Assembly (NCBI RefSeq): GCF_947495455.1
Contig: NZ_CANLZC010000006.1
Location: forward strand, 17,280-81,279
DNA from: an uncultured Shewanella sp.
Lineage (GTDB): Bacteria > Pseudomonadota > Gammaproteobacteria > Enterobacterales > Shewanellaceae
Length of the DNA stretch: 64,000 nucleotides
Reading direction: 5' to 3'
The position numbers and the translations under genes are program-made. Shown piece by piece: positions 1-11,654 of the stretch. The notes under the pieces are model-generated. The model ran no database searches. It saw nothing but the letters and a program-made list of their open reading frames with translations, and was not told the DNA's origin. How positions within the stretch are numbered: the first letter of the stretch is position 1; each line of letters starts with the position of its first letter.

Positions 1-576
1 GTGATTTTTTATCACTTTGACTTATTTTTAGCAAACCCCCTGTATTTATTTAAAATAACAGAAGGTGGAATGTCTTTTCATGGCGGATTAATGGGGGTGA
101 TTTTAGCCATGCTTTATATTGCTCGAAAGCAGAAAAGAACTTTTTTTGCGGTTGCAGATATGGTAGCTCCAGTTGTGCCTATTGGCCTTGGTGCTGGGCG
201 TATCGGTAATTTTATTAATGGTGAGCTTTGGGGAAGAGTCACCGATGTGCCTTGGGGAATGGTATTTCCAGGTGCAGGGCCTTTACCTCGTCATCCATCT
301 CAACTCTATCAATTTGCGCTTGAAGGTGTTGCACTCTTTTTATTACTGTTTTGGTTTAGTCGTAAAACGAATAAAAGCGGCGCCGTTTCAGGCATGTTCT
401 TATTAGGGTACGGCTGTTTTAGAGTGATTGTTGAAACGGTTCGTCAGCCCGATGCACAGTTAGGACTTTATTTTGGTTTTATGACAATGGGACAAATATT
501 ATCCATTCCAATGATATTGTTTGGTTTATATCTATTATTACGCCAAGCTCCGAATAATGGGAAAGGAAAGAAGTAA
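1..576 (+). CDS. lgt: Prolipoprotein diacylglyceryl transferase (5' end outside window)
   Basis: Motifs [22 protein letters not shown] and HPSQLY; directly upstream of thyA. Confidence 0.97.
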   Translation: MIFYHFDLFLANPLYLFKITEGGMSFHGGLMGVILAMLYIARKQKRTFFAVADMVAPVVPIGLGAGRIGNFINGELWGRVTDVPWGMVFPGAGPLPRHPSQLYQFALEGVALFLLLFWFSRKTNKSGAVSGMFLLGYGCFRVIVETVRQPDAQLGLYFGFMTMGQILSIPMILFGLYLLLRQAPNNGKGKK

Positions 577-1427
577 TGCAGCAGTATTTAGATTTATGTC
601 AGCGTATTATTAATGACGGTACTTGGGTTGAAAACGAGCGGACGGGAAAACGCTGTTTAACCGTTATTAATGCTGACCTTGTTTATGATGTGCAAAATAA
701 TCAGTTTCCTTTGATCACGACCAGAAAAAGTTTCTGGAAGGCTGCGATAGCCGAATTACTGGGTTATATTCGTGGTTACGATAATGCTGCTGATTTTCGT
801 GCTCTGGGGGCGAAAACTTGGGATGCAAATGCTAACGAGAATAAAGAGTGGCTTGAAAATCCTTATCGTAAAGGCCCCGATGATATGGGGCGGGTTTATG
901 GTGTTCAAGGTCGCAGTTGGAGTCAACCTGATGGCGGAAATATAGATCAATTAGCGAAAATTATTGATGATCTATCCCGAGGTGTGGACGATAGGGGGGA
1001 AATTTTAAGTTTTTATAATCCTGGAGAGTTCCATATGGGGTGTTTACGACCTTGTATGCATACTCATAACTTCTCTTTATTAGGCGATACGCTGCATTTA
1101 ACCAGTTTTCAACGCTCTTGTGATGTGCCTTTAGGGCTTAATTTTAATCAAGTTCAAGTTTTTACATTGTTGGCTCTTGTTGCTCAAATTACCGGTAAAA
1201 AGCCTGGAATGGCTTATCATAAAATAGTTAATGCACATATTTATGAAGATCAATTACCGTTAATGCGAGATGTTCAGTTAAAACGTCAGCCTTTTGATTC
1301 ACCACAACTTGTGATTAATCCAAAAATTAACTCATTGAAAGATTTAGAAACTTGGGTAACATTAGCTGACTTTGATGTTGTCGGTTATGAGCATCATGAC
1401 GCCATTCAGTATCCTTTTTCTGTTTAA
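576..1427 (+). CDS. thyA: Thymidylate synthase
   Basis: Catalytic [18 protein letters not shown] and HIYEDQ motifs. Confidence 0.98.
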   Translation: MQQYLDLCQRIINDGTWVENERTGKRCLTVINADLVYDVQNNQFPLITTRKSFWKAAIAELLGYIRGYDNAADFRALGAKTWDANANENKEWLENPYRKGPDDMGRVYGVQGRSWSQPDGGNIDQLAKIIDDLSRGVDDRGEILSFYNPGEFHMGCLRPCMHTHNFSLLGDTLHLTSFQRSCDVPLGLNFNQVQVFTLLALVAQITGKKPGMAYHKIVNAHIYEDQLPLMRDVQLKRQPFDSPQLVINPKINSLKDLETWVTLADFDVVGYEHHDAIQYPFSV

Positions 1428-1450
1428 TTATTAAAGGGACTTTACGCTAG

Positions 1451-1484
1451 AAAAACCCTTACGCTTGTCGTTAAGGGTTTTTTT
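1451..1484 (+). terminator. Rho-independent terminator after thyA
   Basis: Imperfect stem aaaaaccctta...taagggttttt followed by a T-run. Confidence 0.75.
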
Positions 1485-1630
1485 GTATTGGTTAAAATGA
1501 AGTTTCAATTCTTGTTTATTATATTATAACTCGAAAATATCGAGCTTTAACATTGAATCAATCGATTATTCATACTATATTCATTGAGCTACACTGAAAA
1601 TCTCGTGTAAGGGCTTAAAAAGGAAGAAAT

Positions 1631-2800
1631 ATGGAACGAGTGATTAAAAATTTTCTCAATAAGGGTTCCGCTGGCGGTATTTTATTAATGTTGGCAGTGA
1701 TCTTGGCGCTTCTTCTGGCTAATTCTCCTCTCTCATGGCTATACCAAGGTTTCTTGCATACAGAGATGCAAATTCGTGTTGGTAGTCTTGATTTAGACAA
1801 GTCATTGTTACATTGGATTAATGATGGTTTGATGGCCATTTTCTTTCTATTAATTGGATTAGAGGTTAAGCGTGAGTTGCTAGAGGGCGCATTGTCGACG
1901 CCTGCTCAAGCTTCATTACCCACTTTTGCAGCCATTGGTGGAATGATCTTTCCGGCAGCCATTTATTTATTATTTAATTTTTCCGATCCTATTGCGCAGT
2001 CGGCTTGGGCGATCCCTGCGGCAACGGATATTGCGTTTGCATTAGGTATTATTGCCTTGCTAGGTAGTCGAGTCCCTGTATCATTAAAAGTCTTTTTATT
2101 AGCCTTGGCGATTATTGATGATTTAGGTGTCGTGATTATTATTGCGATTTTCTACAGTACAGATTTATCTATGCTCAGCATGATCATTGCCGCTTTTGCG
2201 ATTATGGGGCTGGTTAGCTTAAACCTTAAAGGGGTGACGGCATTGGCGCCCTATGCTGTCATTGGGGGGATTTTGTGGATTGCGGTTTTAAAATCGGGCG
2301 TCCATGCAACATTGGCTGGTGTGATTATTGCTTTTTGTATTCCATTAAGGGCAAAAGATGGAAGTTCACCGTCTGAAAAATTAGAGCATGATTTACATCC
2401 TTGGAGTACCTTCTTGATTTTACCCGTGTTTGCTTTTGCCAATGCCGGTGTTGATTTATCAGGCATGAGTATGAGTTACTTAGTGTCACCATTACCGATT
2501 GGTATTGCGCTTGGGTTATTTTTAGGTAAGCCCATTGGCGTCATGTTATTCAGTTACCTTGCGGTAAAATTAAAATTTGCAGTCTTGCCTGATGGAATTG
2601 GTTGGAAACAGATTGCGCCAGTGGCTGTGATGTGTGGTATAGGTTTTACCATGTCAATGTTTATTAGCTCATTAGCCTTTATTGGTGTTGATCCACTTTA
2701 TGGGGATTTAGCACGCTTAGGGATTTTAATGGGGTCGATTGCCTCCGCCATAGTCGGTTATTTCTGGTTATCTAGTGTATTAGATAAAAAGGGAGAATAA
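1631..2800 (+). CDS. nhaA: Na+/H+ antiporter NhaA
   Basis: [28 protein letters not shown] and GVHATLAGV motifs. Confidence 0.98.
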   Translation: MERVIKNFLNKGSAGGILLMLAVILALLLANSPLSWLYQGFLHTEMQIRVGSLDLDKSLLHWINDGLMAIFFLLIGLEVKRELLEGALSTPAQASLPTFAAIGGMIFPAAIYLLFNFSDPIAQSAWAIPAATDIAFALGIIALLGSRVPVSLKVFLLALAIIDDLGVVIIIAIFYSTDLSMLSMIIAAFAIMGLVSLNLKGVTALAPYAVIGGILWIAVLKSGVHATLAGVIIAFCIPLRAKDGSSPSEKLEHDLHPWSTFLILPVFAFANAGVDLSGMSMSYLVSPLPIGIALGLFLGKPIGVMLFSYLAVKLKFAVLPDGIGWKQIAPVAVMCGIGFTMSMFISSLAFIGVDPLYGDLARLGILMGSIASAIVGYFWLSSVLDKKGE

Positions 2801-2802
2801 AG

Positions 2803-3186
2803 ATGAAAACAAAGCTATTTATCGGCTTGTTGTCCATCCTAGTTGCGGGCCAAGCAAGCGCAACTCAAATTGCCGCTTGTAATAAAAATGTCAGTAGTGC
2901 AGCTTGCCAAGATTATTTACAAGGTGTGGTCGATGGTGCACTCATGCATCGAATGGACAGTTCACAGCAAGATATTGTGCCTGATTCTTATGCAAAAAGG
3001 GCATTAAAATATCGAACTGGTCAGCGCTTCAAAGAAGCGAATCGTATGTATTGTCAGGGAAGGGTTCCTGATAGAGAGTCATTAGTTTCAGGGCTTGGAG
3101 AGGCATTTATCACCAGTGAGATTAATGATGTGACAGCATTAAAAGGCGTCATGCTCAATTTAATGGATTGTAATCGACATCAATAA
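2803..3186 (+). CDS. Secreted 4-Cys protein with a Rap1a/Tai-like immunity-protein signature
   Basis: Signal peptide (..GQASA); C-x8-C-x2-YLQGVVDG, later YC..P and C-terminal MDC. Confidence 0.55.
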   Translation: MKTKLFIGLLSILVAGQASATQIAACNKNVSSAACQDYLQGVVDGALMHRMDSSQQDIVPDSYAKRALKYRTGQRFKEANRMYCQGRVPDRESLVSGLGEAFITSEINDVTALKGVMLNLMDCNRHQ

Positions 3187-3243
3187 TGCATAATTAACGT
3201 ATTGTCATTGACAGAACCTCAGTGAAATAGAGATGTAAACTGA

Positions 3244-4137
3244 ATGATTAATTTGAATTATAACCATCTGTATTATTTTTGGATGATCCAAAAGAAAGGT
3301 TCTGTTGCCAAAGCGGCTGAAACATTATGCCTGACGCCACAAACCATTACGGGGCAAATTAAGGTACTTGAAGCGCGTTTAAATGGTCGGCTGTTTATTC
3401 GTGAAGGGAGACAGTTAGCGCCAACAGAATTGGGTAAGTTGGTTTATCGTTATGCTGATAAAATGTTTAGCTTAAGCTATGAAATGCTTGATATTATTAA
3501 TTATCAGAAAGATAAAAAAACACTCTTTGAAGTGGGGATTGCTGATGTATTATCCAAGGAGTTAGTCGGTGATATTTTATTATCTGTGATGTCAGATGAC
3601 GATAGTTTGCACTTGGCTTGTTTTGAATCGACCCATGATGACTTAATGGCGAGATTGCGCGATCATAAATTGGATATTATTTTGTCTGATTGTGCTGGCG
3701 GCTCACTTAAATATCCTGAAATTTTATCAAAAAAATTAGGGGAGAGTGGCGTGGCTTTTTTTTCGCATAAGCCACTTTCAAATGCTTTTCCTTTATGTCT
3801 TGAAGAAGAAAAGTTGCTTATTCCAGGCAGGCATACTTCGTTAGGGCAGCAGCTAGTGCATTGGTTTGATGAAAAATTACTTAAAATCAAGGTATTAGGT
3901 GAGTTTGATGATTCAGCCATGATGAGTGCGTTTGGCTTTTCAGAACAAGGTATTTTTGTTGCGCCCAGTATTTATAAACAATCAGTGATGAAACGTGGTA
4001 TGTATTTACTTGGGGAAACTACTGAAGTAAAAGAGTATTATCATATGATGTTTGCTGAACGCATGATCCAGCATCCAGCAGTAAAGCGTTTACTTGAGAT
4101 GGATTTTACCGCATTTTTTTCTCCTAAGACTGAGTGA
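3244..4137 (+). CDS. nhaR: LysR-family transcriptional activator NhaR
   Basis: LNYNHLYYFW HTH start, LTPQTITGQIK, MIQHPAV; next to nhaA. Confidence 0.95.
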   Translation: MINLNYNHLYYFWMIQKKGSVAKAAETLCLTPQTITGQIKVLEARLNGRLFIREGRQLAPTELGKLVYRYADKMFSLSYEMLDIINYQKDKKTLFEVGIADVLSKELVGDILLSVMSDDDSLHLACFESTHDDLMARLRDHKLDIILSDCAGGSLKYPEILSKKLGESGVAFFSHKPLSNAFPLCLEEEKLLIPGRHTSLGQQLVHWFDEKLLKIKVLGEFDDSAMMSAFGFSEQGIFVAPSIYKQSVMKRGMYLLGETTEVKEYYHMMFAERMIQHPAVKRLLEMDFTAFFSPKTE

Positions 4138-4238
4138 GTAGGATAAGGGGGAAAGGGATGTCGACACTGAGCGCCAAGGACTGATAAACTAGTGATTAAA
4201 GCATGTGTGGACGATGAACCTATTCGAGGAGCAAGAGC

Positions 4239-4490
4239 TTGTCTGAGCCAATGAAGATCGCAAGAGTAAGGTGGGCGTGCCGTAGAGGTATGTTAGAGCT
4301 GGATGTGTTGTTTCAGCCATTTGTAGAAAAGCATTATGAACAACTGAGTAATGAAGATAAATTAACTTTTGTTCGATTGTTGGAGTGTGAAGATCCTGAG
4401 TTATTTGCTTGGTTTATGGGGCATAAAACTTGCGAAGTTCCCGAACTTGCTGACATGATAGTAAAAGTGCGTGGCCGATCAGCACCTTAG
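4239..4490 (+). CDS. sdhE: Succinate dehydrogenase assembly factor (FAD assembly)
   Basis: RWACRRGMLELD signature; TTG start. Confidence 0.95.
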   Translation: MSEPMKIARVRWACRRGMLELDVLFQPFVEKHYEQLSNEDKLTFVRLLECEDPELFAWFMGHKTCEVPELADMIVKVRGRSAP

Positions 4491-4884
4491 TTTTTCACTC
4501 ACATCCTCTTTTGACCAGCGTTTAACTCTGGTCATATCGTATCTGGTTTTTCTTTCCTCTTTTTTGTTTTGGCCTCAAAGCAATAGCAGCATTATTTTAT
4601 GGATTAAAATAGGCTTGTTGAGCGCACTGACAGTCTTTTTTATTTGGCAGGGATGGCGCTTAAGTCATTGGCAATGTGAGTTTCGTTTATCGACGTCGGG
4701 CTCCGGCTCTTTTTCAAATGGGCAAGGATTTATACTGGTAAAAAAAGCGTTTATTAGTGCTTTTGTTGTGGTCTTTTACTATCAGTGTGTCAATGACAAT
4801 AAAAGTAAAATGATGGTTGTTTGGAGCGATATGTTAACCGACACAAATTATCGGCATTTGTGTCGGTTATTATGCCAGCAATAA
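4471..4884 (+). CDS. YgfX/CptA-like inner membrane protein
   Basis: Overlaps sdhE as in the sdhE-ygfX pair; two N-terminal TM segments; C-terminal WSDML..YRHLCR. Confidence 0.7.
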   Translation: MADQHLSFSLTSSFDQRLTLVISYLVFLSSFLFWPQSNSSIILWIKIGLLSALTVFFIWQGWRLSHWQCEFRLSTSGSGSFSNGQGFILVKKAFISAFVVVFYYQCVNDNKSKMMVVWSDMLTDTNYRHLCRLLCQQ

Positions 4885-4892
4885 AAGTGCTT

Positions 4893-6515
4893 TTATATTG
4901 TTGATTCCGGACGAAGAACCGTTGGGCCTGCATGTGGCAATTTTTGCGGATGATCAATGTTATAGTGTAAACCTCGGCTTTCTTCTCTATCCATTGCACA
5001 ACGTATGATGAGTTCGGCAACTTGGACTAAATTTCTGAGTTCTAATAAGTGATTGGATACTCTAAAGTGTTGATAATACTCTTCAATTTCTTGTTGCAGT
5101 AATAAGCAGCGTCTTAATGCTCTTTCTAAACGTTTATCTGAACGGACAATACCGACATAATCCCACATGAAGAGTCTCAGTTCATGCCAGTTATGTGCGA
5201 TGACGACTTCTTCATCGGAATTTGACACTTGACTATCATCCCAAGGGGGAATGTCATTGGGCATACGGACCTTGTTAAGTTGGTTTTCGATATCTTCGCT
5301 AGCTGCTCGAGCAAAGACTAGACACTCTAACAAGGAATTACTTGCTAGGCGATTGGCACCGTGCAAACCGGTATAAGCCACTTCGCCGATAGCATAGAGT
5401 CCATTGATGTCAGTTTGTCCGTGTAAGTCGGCCATGACCCCCCCACAAGTGTAATGCGCTGCTGGCACAACTGGAATAGGATCTTTTGTAATATTAATAC
5501 CCAGTTCAAGACATCGCTGATAAATGGTGGGAAAGTGTTTAATGATAAAGTCTGCCGGTTTATGGGTAATATCTAAATAGACACAGTCCGCTCCGAGCCT
5601 TTTCATTTCAAAGTCAATGGCTCGAGCAACAATATCCCGAGGCGCTAATTCGGCGCGTTCATCAAAATCAGGCATAAAACGGCTGCCATCAGGCCGACGT
5701 AGATAGGCTCCTTCTCCTCGTAAGGCTTCAGTAAGCAAGAAATTACGTGCGTCGGCATGATAGAGGCAAGTGGGATGAAATTGATTAAATTCCATATTGG
5801 CGACTCGGCAGCCAGCGCGCCAAGCCATTGCAATGCCATCACCAGACGCGACATCTGGATTTGACGTATATTGGTATACTTTTGAACTGCCACCAGTGGC
5901 AAGGGCAACAAAGCGAGCTTTGATGGTTTCAACTTGTTCTATTTGTCTGTTCCAAACATAAGCGCCTTGTACACGGTTGCCTGGACGATTCAACTTGCGT
6001 GTGGTGATAAGATCAATGGCGTTGTATTTTTCAAAAACACGTATATTAGGGTGTTTTTTTACACATTCTTGTAAAGTCACTTGGACTTCTTTACCTGTAG
6101 CGTCGGCAGCATGTAAAATGCGTCTGTGGCTGTGACCACCCTCACGGGTTAAATGATAAGCTGCGTCAGCAGGAATGTGACCGTCTTCGTTTTCTTCTTT
6201 ATCAAAGGCTACTCCACATTGAATGAGCCAGCGAATGGCAGATTGCGCATTTTCAGCTGTAAAGTTTACCACGCTGGGGTCGCAAAGGCCGGCACCTGCG
6301 ATCAGTGTATCGGATACATGGGACTCAATGGTATCGTCTTCGTCAAATACTGACGCGATGCCACCTTGGGCATAATAAGTGGATCCTTCACTTAGAGGAC
6401 CTTTTGAAAGTAAAATAACCTTTGACTTTTCAGCAAGGTGTAATGCTAAAGTAAGGCCAGCTGCGCCGCTGCCAATAACCAAAATGTCAGATTGGTGTTC
6501 AACTACTTGTTTCAT
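4893..6515 (-). CDS. nadB: L-aspartate oxidase
   Basis: GSGAAG FAD motif, [31 protein letters not shown]; divergent from rpoE. Confidence 0.98.
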   Translation of the reverse strand: MKQVVEHQSDILVIGSGAAGLTLALHLAEKSKVILLSKGPLSEGSTYYAQGGIASVFDEDDTIESHVSDTLIAGAGLCDPSVVNFTAENAQSAIRWLIQCGVAFDKEENEDGHIPADAAYHLTREGGHSHRRILHAADATGKEVQVTLQECVKKHPNIRVFEKYNAIDLITTRKLNRPGNRVQGAYVWNRQIEQVETIKARFVALATGGSSKVYQYTSNPDVASGDGIAMAWRAGCRVANMEFNQFHPTCLYHADARNFLLTEALRGEGAYLRRPDGSRFMPDFDERAELAPRDIVARAIDFEMKRLGADCVYLDITHKPADFIIKHFPTIYQRCLELGINITKDPIPVVPAAHYTCGGVMADLHGQTDINGLYAIGEVAYTGLHGANRLASNSLLECLVFARAASEDIENQLNKVRMPNDIPPWDDSQVSNSDEEVVIAHNWHELRLFMWDYVGIVRSDKRLERALRRCLLLQQEIEEYYQHFRVSNHLLELRNLVQVAELIIRCAMDREESRGLHYNIDHPQKLPHAGPTVLRPESTI

Positions 6516-6623
6516 CGGGTATCATAGTATCTTCTGTGGGTCTGGTTATAGTAAACTAAGATGGATATTATGGATACAGGCTGATTGCATGTAGAGTCTA
6601 TTCATCATTTAAATATTTTTTTA

Positions 6624-6650
6624 GAACTTTTTTTTCATTTGTGAGTCTAC
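6624..6650 (+). promoter_or_regulatory. Sigma-E-dependent (autoregulatory) promoter of rpoE
   Basis: GAACTT-N16-TCTAC, matching the sigma-E -35/-10 consensus and spacing. Confidence 0.75.
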
Positions 6651-6713
6651 ATACTAGATGTATGAATTCGAGCGACTGAGAGATCAGTACAGATTTAGGA
6701 GTAGTCGGCTCGA

Positions 6714-7292
6714 ATGAGTGGACAAATAAGTGATCAACAATTAGTTGAGCGTGTACAGCGCGGTGATAAAAATGCCTTTAACCTTTTGGTGTTAAAATAC
6801 CAAAATAAGGTGGCGAATTTGGTTGTTCGTTATGTACGAAATCAGGCTGATGTGTCCGATATCGTACAAGAAGCTTTTATTAAAGCCTATCGAGCGCTGC
6901 CAAACTTTCGTGGTGAAAGTGCTTTTTATACATGGTTGTACCGAATAGCAGTCAATACTGCAAAAAACCATTTGGTTGCACATGGAAGACGTGCGCCAGC
7001 CAATGATGTCGATGTTGAAGATGCTGAATACTATGACGGTAGTGATGTGTTAAAGGAGTTTGCTTCTCCCGAGCGCTTATTATTGTCAGATGAAATTCAG
7101 AAGGTTGTTTTTGACACGCTAGAGACATTACCACAAGAATTGAAAATGGCTATTTCGTTACGTGAGCTTGATGGAATGAGCTATGAAGATATTGCTAATG
7201 TTATGGATTGTCCAGTGGGGACAGTACGATCGCGTATTTTTAGAGCTCGAGAAGCAATCGATAAAAAGCTACAGCCTTTGCTGGAGCGATAG
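6714..7292 (+). CDS. rpoE: RNA polymerase sigma-E factor
   Basis: DQQLVERVQRGD, SAFYTWLYRIAVN and GTVRSRIFRAR motifs. Confidence 0.99.
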   Translation: MSGQISDQQLVERVQRGDKNAFNLLVLKYQNKVANLVVRYVRNQADVSDIVQEAFIKAYRALPNFRGESAFYTWLYRIAVNTAKNHLVAHGRRAPANDVDVEDAEYYDGSDVLKEFASPERLLLSDEIQKVVFDTLETLPQELKMAISLRELDGMSYEDIANVMDCPVGTVRSRIFRAREAIDKKLQPLLER

Positions 7293-7317
7293 CATTTAAA
7301 TTGATACAGGTAGAGAA

Positions 7318-7947
7318 ATGGATAAATTAGGTCAGGAATGGGTGTCTGCAGCCGTTGATGGCGAAGTCGATGAAAAGACGTTAGCTGATTTAGCTAATGA
7401 TCTCGACTTACATGAGCAGTGGCGAGATTACCAAATCATAGGTGATGCGATGCGTAATGAATTACCCACAGCATTAAATATTGATCTATCGATGAACATC
7501 GCCGAAGCCATTGAGCAGGAGCCTTGTCACAATATGACTCATGCGAATAATCAACAGCATGAGAGCAAAGTATCTGAGGTGGCGCCAAAGCAAAGTCAAT
7601 CCTCAAAAATCATTCCTTTATTTAAGCAATTTGGGCAATATGCTATTGCGGCGAGTGTGGCTTTAGTGGTAGTGGTCAGTGTTGATAATTACAACAAGGA
7701 CACCAGTGTTGATACGAGTCCCTTATCTGTGCTCAATACTCGGCCATTAGTGGGTAGTGTGTCGCCGGTGAGTTTGCAAACGGGTGCTGTACAATCGAAT
7801 TCAGCTTCAAATGCTAAAAATGATCAGCTTGCTGAGCAACGATTACGTATCAATGCCTATATTCAAGATCATCAATTACAACAAAGGTTGAATAATGATA
7901 TGAATATAGATGACAATAGCCAAATTCAGGCCTTACCGAATCAGTAG
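7318..7947 (+). CDS. rseA: Anti-sigma-E factor RseA
   Basis: SAAVDGE, W..YQIIGDAMR, single TM (AIAASVALVVVV), HQLQQRLN; operon position. Confidence 0.92.
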   Translation: MDKLGQEWVSAAVDGEVDEKTLADLANDLDLHEQWRDYQIIGDAMRNELPTALNIDLSMNIAEAIEQEPCHNMTHANNQQHESKVSEVAPKQSQSSKIIPLFKQFGQYAIAASVALVVVVSVDNYNKDTSVDTSPLSVLNTRPLVGSVSPVSLQTGAVQSNSASNAKNDQLAEQRLRINAYIQDHQLQQRLNNDMNIDDNSQIQALPNQ

Positions 7948-7953
7948 ATATTT

Positions 7954-8919
7954 ATGTCATCAATTTTTAATAGGGTTAACGTGCGCGTGTTTGGGTTGGC
8001 TCTTTTGGCTTTGTCGTGTCCTGTTTGGGCACAAGAAGCCATTTCTGCGAAAGCTTGGCTAGAGAATATGAGTCAGGCCTTACACGAGAAAGAATACAAA
8101 GTTTCCGTTATTCAGCTTCAAGCTGAGCATATAAGTCCCCTTGTTTATATTCATGGAAAAGTGGATAGCCAAGAAGTGGCATTTCTTGAATACCTCAACG
8201 GTCCACCTCAAAGTGCTGTAAGAGTTGGGGATACAGTGAGTTTCATTGAATATCAACAGGCACCTTATAGCGTAAATGCAAAGCGGATCCCTGGCGTGCT
8301 GCCTGTTGGTTTTTCCAGTAATATCGATAGATTAGAGTCAGGCTATCAATTTGTGCTAGGAGGTCGCAGCCGTCTGGCTGGACGACCAAGTCAATTGGTG
8401 CGTTTAATTCCAAAAGATGATTTTCGATACGGTTATCAAGTTTGGCTAGATCTAGAAACCGCATTACCTTTGCGATACGATTTATTAACTAAAGATAAAC
8501 AGCTACTTGAGCAATTATTAGTGGTGGAGTTATTAGTGTTAGATAAAGCGCCTGCTATTTTAATTGAAGCTAAGAAACAAGAGTGGCCTTCCGTTGTGGT
8601 ACAAGCTTCTAGCTCTAAAAAAGAGCAATGGCACTTTAGCTGGTTACCTCAAGGTTTTACGGTACAGACAAATGATCAACATCGATTGATAGGTAATAAT
8701 GAATCGGTTGAATACATAGCATTAAGTGACGGTTTGGCCAATATATCAGTTTATATTTCTAAAGTGGGGGAAAGTCCTTTGCCTGAAGGTTTAGTGACGC
8801 GTAATGGTTTGGGGTTGTCGGCTGTAGTCGTGGGGGATCGTGAGGTGGTTGCTGTGGGTAAAGTGCCCAGTGAAACCTTAACGCGCATTGCGAAAAGTCT
8901 TGTTATTGGTGCCCATTGA
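7954..8919 (+). CDS. rseB: Sigma-E regulatory protein RseB/MucB
   Basis: Signal peptide, R.AGRP, YGY..WLD, SDGL..ISVY, VGKVP..T..RIA. Confidence 0.93.
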   Translation: MSSIFNRVNVRVFGLALLALSCPVWAQEAISAKAWLENMSQALHEKEYKVSVIQLQAEHISPLVYIHGKVDSQEVAFLEYLNGPPQSAVRVGDTVSFIEYQQAPYSVNAKRIPGVLPVGFSSNIDRLESGYQFVLGGRSRLAGRPSQLVRLIPKDDFRYGYQVWLDLETALPLRYDLLTKDKQLLEQLLVVELLVLDKAPAILIEAKKQEWPSVVVQASSSKKEQWHFSWLPQGFTVQTNDQHRLIGNNESVEYIALSDGLANISVYISKVGESPLPEGLVTRNGLGLSAVVVGDREVVAVGKVPSETLTRIAKSLVIGAH

Positions 8920-8929
8920 GGATTATCTT

Positions 8930-9373
8930 ATGATGGAAGAAATGGCCAAGGTGGTTGCATGCGATGAAACTGGCTGGATAAGAGTGGAAGTTAAGATCAA
9001 AAGTGCCTGTAATCATTGCGATAATAGTGAGTCTTGCGGAACTTCTGCTGTTTCTCAAGCTTTTTCTTCAAAGTCACAAGAGTTTTCAATTCTCAGTGAT
9101 CAATCTTACCCTGTTGGTGAGTGGTTAAAAATTGGTTTACCAGAAAGTGTGATTTTAAAAGCGGCGGCTTTAGTTTACTTGTTTCCTATTCTTGGCTTTT
9201 TTCTGGGGGCGTTTTTTGCGACGCGTATTTTTGCGTTTTCAGACTTATTTACATTTATATTGGGCATCCTTGGAGCAAGTTTGGCCTGGGGATTTGCTCG
9301 AGCAAAAGCATCGAGAATGGAGGAAGCGGCTCGGCCTGTTATTTTAGCGCATATTGGACAGCGAATTAATTAA
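8930..9373 (+). CDS. rseC: RseC/MucC family protein
   Basis: SAC.HC....CG cysteine motif plus two TMs; ATG at 8930 follows a GAGG RBS. Confidence 0.9.
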   Translation: MMEEMAKVVACDETGWIRVEVKIKSACNHCDNSESCGTSAVSQAFSSKSQEFSILSDQSYPVGEWLKIGLPESVILKAAALVYLFPILGFFLGAFFATRIFAFSDLFTFILGILGASLAWGFARAKASRMEEAARPVILAHIGQRIN

Positions 9374-9578
9374 AGCGTTTGATCCTAGAATCTATTATTG
9401 TATTTAATTAACTGTTTGAAATTAATGAGTTATTTAATTTCTATGGGCTTTTATAGGTGGCCTTTTTCGTTTTTTTTGTTATTATGTTACCAATCAAGAT
9501 TGGTATTGTCTGTTTGATAAGGTACAATTCCGCACTTTTAGAATTCTTTTCAACTTCGAGTTTAGTCATCCCAGCATA

Positions 9579-11369
9579 ATGAAGCATATAAGAAACTTTT
9601 CAATTATTGCCCATATCGACCATGGCAAGTCGACTCTATCAGACCGCCTTATTCAAGATTGTGGAGGTTTGTCTGATCGTGAAATGGCTGCGCAAGTTCT
9701 AGACTCAATGGAGCTGGAACGTGAGCGTGGCATTACTATTAAAGCACAGAGTGTCACTTTAGATTATAAAGCTGATGACGGTGAAACTTACCAATTAAAC
9801 TTTATTGATACGCCAGGTCATGTTGATTTCTCTTATGAGGTTTCTCGCTCTTTAGCGGCATGTGAAGGCGCATTGTTAGTCGTTGATGCAGGTCAAGGTG
9901 TTGAAGCGCAAACGCTGGCAAACTGTTATACCGCATTAGAAATGGATCTTGATGTGGTACCGGTTTTGAATAAAATCGATTTACCTCAGGCCGATCCTGA
10001 ACGTGTTGCTGATGAAATTGAAGATATTGTGGGAATTGAAGCTGCTGACGCGGTGAGATGCTCTGCAAAAACAGGCTTAGGCATCAAAGCGGTATTAGAA
10101 GATATCGTCTCTAAAATTCCACCGCCAGAAGGGGATCCCGATGGACCGCTTCAAGCACTGATCATTGATTCTTGGTTTGATAGCTATCTAGGTGTTGTAT
10201 CCTTAGTTCGAATCAAAAATGGTGTATTGCGTAAAGGTGATAAATTTAAAGTCATGTCAACAGGTCAGACACACAATGCTGATCGCGTCGGTATTTTTAC
10301 GCCTAAGCAAACCGATACCAAAGAGCTGAGTACGGGTGAGGTCGGTTATGTGATTGCTGGCATTAAAGAGATCCATGGCGCCCCAGTTGGGGATACATTG
10401 ACACTGGCTAAACACGGTGCTGAGTTACCTTTGCCTGGCTTTAAAAAAGTCAAGCCGCAGGTCTATGCGGGTGTATTCCCGGTTTCGACTGATGATTATG
10501 AAAGCTTTCGTGAAGCGTTAAACAAGCTGAGTTTAAACGATGCATCACTTTTCTTTGAGCCTGAGACTTCTTCGGCGTTAGGCTTTGGTTTTCGAATTGG
10601 TTTCCTCGGCTTGCTGCACATGGAAATTATTCAAGAGCGATTAGAGCGAGAATATAATCTTGATTTAATTACCACAGCGCCAACGGTTGTGTATGAGATC
10701 CTTGGGACCAATGGTCAGGTTCTCTACGTTGATAATCCGTCTGATTTGCCCGCGGTGAATAATATCGAAGAAATGCGCGAGCCTATTGTAGAGACAAATA
10801 TCTTAGTGCCTAAGGATTATTTAGGTAATGTGATCACTTTATGTGTTGAAAAACGTGGCGTACAAACCAATATGGTGTATCACGGCAATCAAGTGGCGAT
10901 TACCTATGATATGCCGATGGCTGAAGTCGTCATGGATTTCTTTGATCGCTTAAAATCAACCAGTCGCGGTTACGCTTCTTTAGAATATAATTTCAGACGT
11001 TTTGAGCAAGCGGATATGGTTAGACTGGATATTTTAATTAACGGCGATCGTGTGGATGCGCTAGCAATGATTATTCATAAATCTAACGTACGTTATCGTG
11101 GGTTAGCCTTAGTGAATAAAATGAAAGAACTTATTCCACGGCAAATGTTTGATATTGCTGTGCAGGCGGCCATCGGCAGTCAAATTATCGCGCGCTCTTC
11201 CATTAAAGCGTTACGTAAAGATGTTACCGCTAAATGTTATGGTGGTGATGTATCTCGTAAGAAGAAATTACTGCAAAAGCAGAAAGAAGGTAAAAAGCGC
11301 ATGAAGCAAGTGGGTAACGTTGAAGTACCACAAGAGGCCTTTTTAGCTGCGCTTAAGTTGAATGATTAA
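9579..11369 (+). CDS. lepA: Elongation factor 4
   Basis: [25 protein letters not shown] and KCYGGD motifs. Confidence 0.99.
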   Translation: MKHIRNFSIIAHIDHGKSTLSDRLIQDCGGLSDREMAAQVLDSMELERERGITIKAQSVTLDYKADDGETYQLNFIDTPGHVDFSYEVSRSLAACEGALLVVDAGQGVEAQTLANCYTALEMDLDVVPVLNKIDLPQADPERVADEIEDIVGIEAADAVRCSAKTGLGIKAVLEDIVSKIPPPEGDPDGPLQALIIDSWFDSYLGVVSLVRIKNGVLRKGDKFKVMSTGQTHNADRVGIFTPKQTDTKELSTGEVGYVIAGIKEIHGAPVGDTLTLAKHGAELPLPGFKKVKPQVYAGVFPVSTDDYESFREALNKLSLNDASLFFEPETSSALGFGFRIGFLGLLHMEIIQERLEREYNLDLITTAPTVVYEILGTNGQVLYVDNPSDLPAVNNIEEMREPIVETNILVPKDYLGNVITLCVEKRGVQTNMVYHGNQVAITYDMPMAEVVMDFFDRLKSTSRGYASLEYNFRRFEQADMVRLDILINGDRVDALAMIIHKSNVRYRGLALVNKMKELIPRQMFDIAVQAAIGSQIIARSSIKALRKDVTAKCYGGDVSRKKKLLQKQKEGKKRMKQVGNVEVPQEAFLAALKLND

Positions 11370-11405
11370 TGACAACTTGCTGAATCGAGATGAGTAAGCT
11401 CAGTT

Positions 11406-11431
11406 GCGCCGCAGTTTTATGCGGCGCTTTT
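11406..11431 (+). terminator. Putative terminator hairpin between lepA and lepB
   Basis: gcgccgca-gtttta-tgcggcgc followed by tttt. Confidence 0.6.
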
Positions 11432-11654
11432 ATTCATTATCGCTAGGAATGTGTGTCATTATTCAATGGATAAGTTTGCTTTAATTGATGATTTATTAAT
11501 AATTTAAAGCAGTGTGTTATGGTATAAAATAGGATGAGCAATCATTGATTACCGATATCTATTGTATGTCGCTGATTTTTGATTGAATAATTAATGATTA
11601 CTATTGCTTTGATAGTGATTGACTTAACTTAAAAGTGGCAGGAGTGCGTTAACT

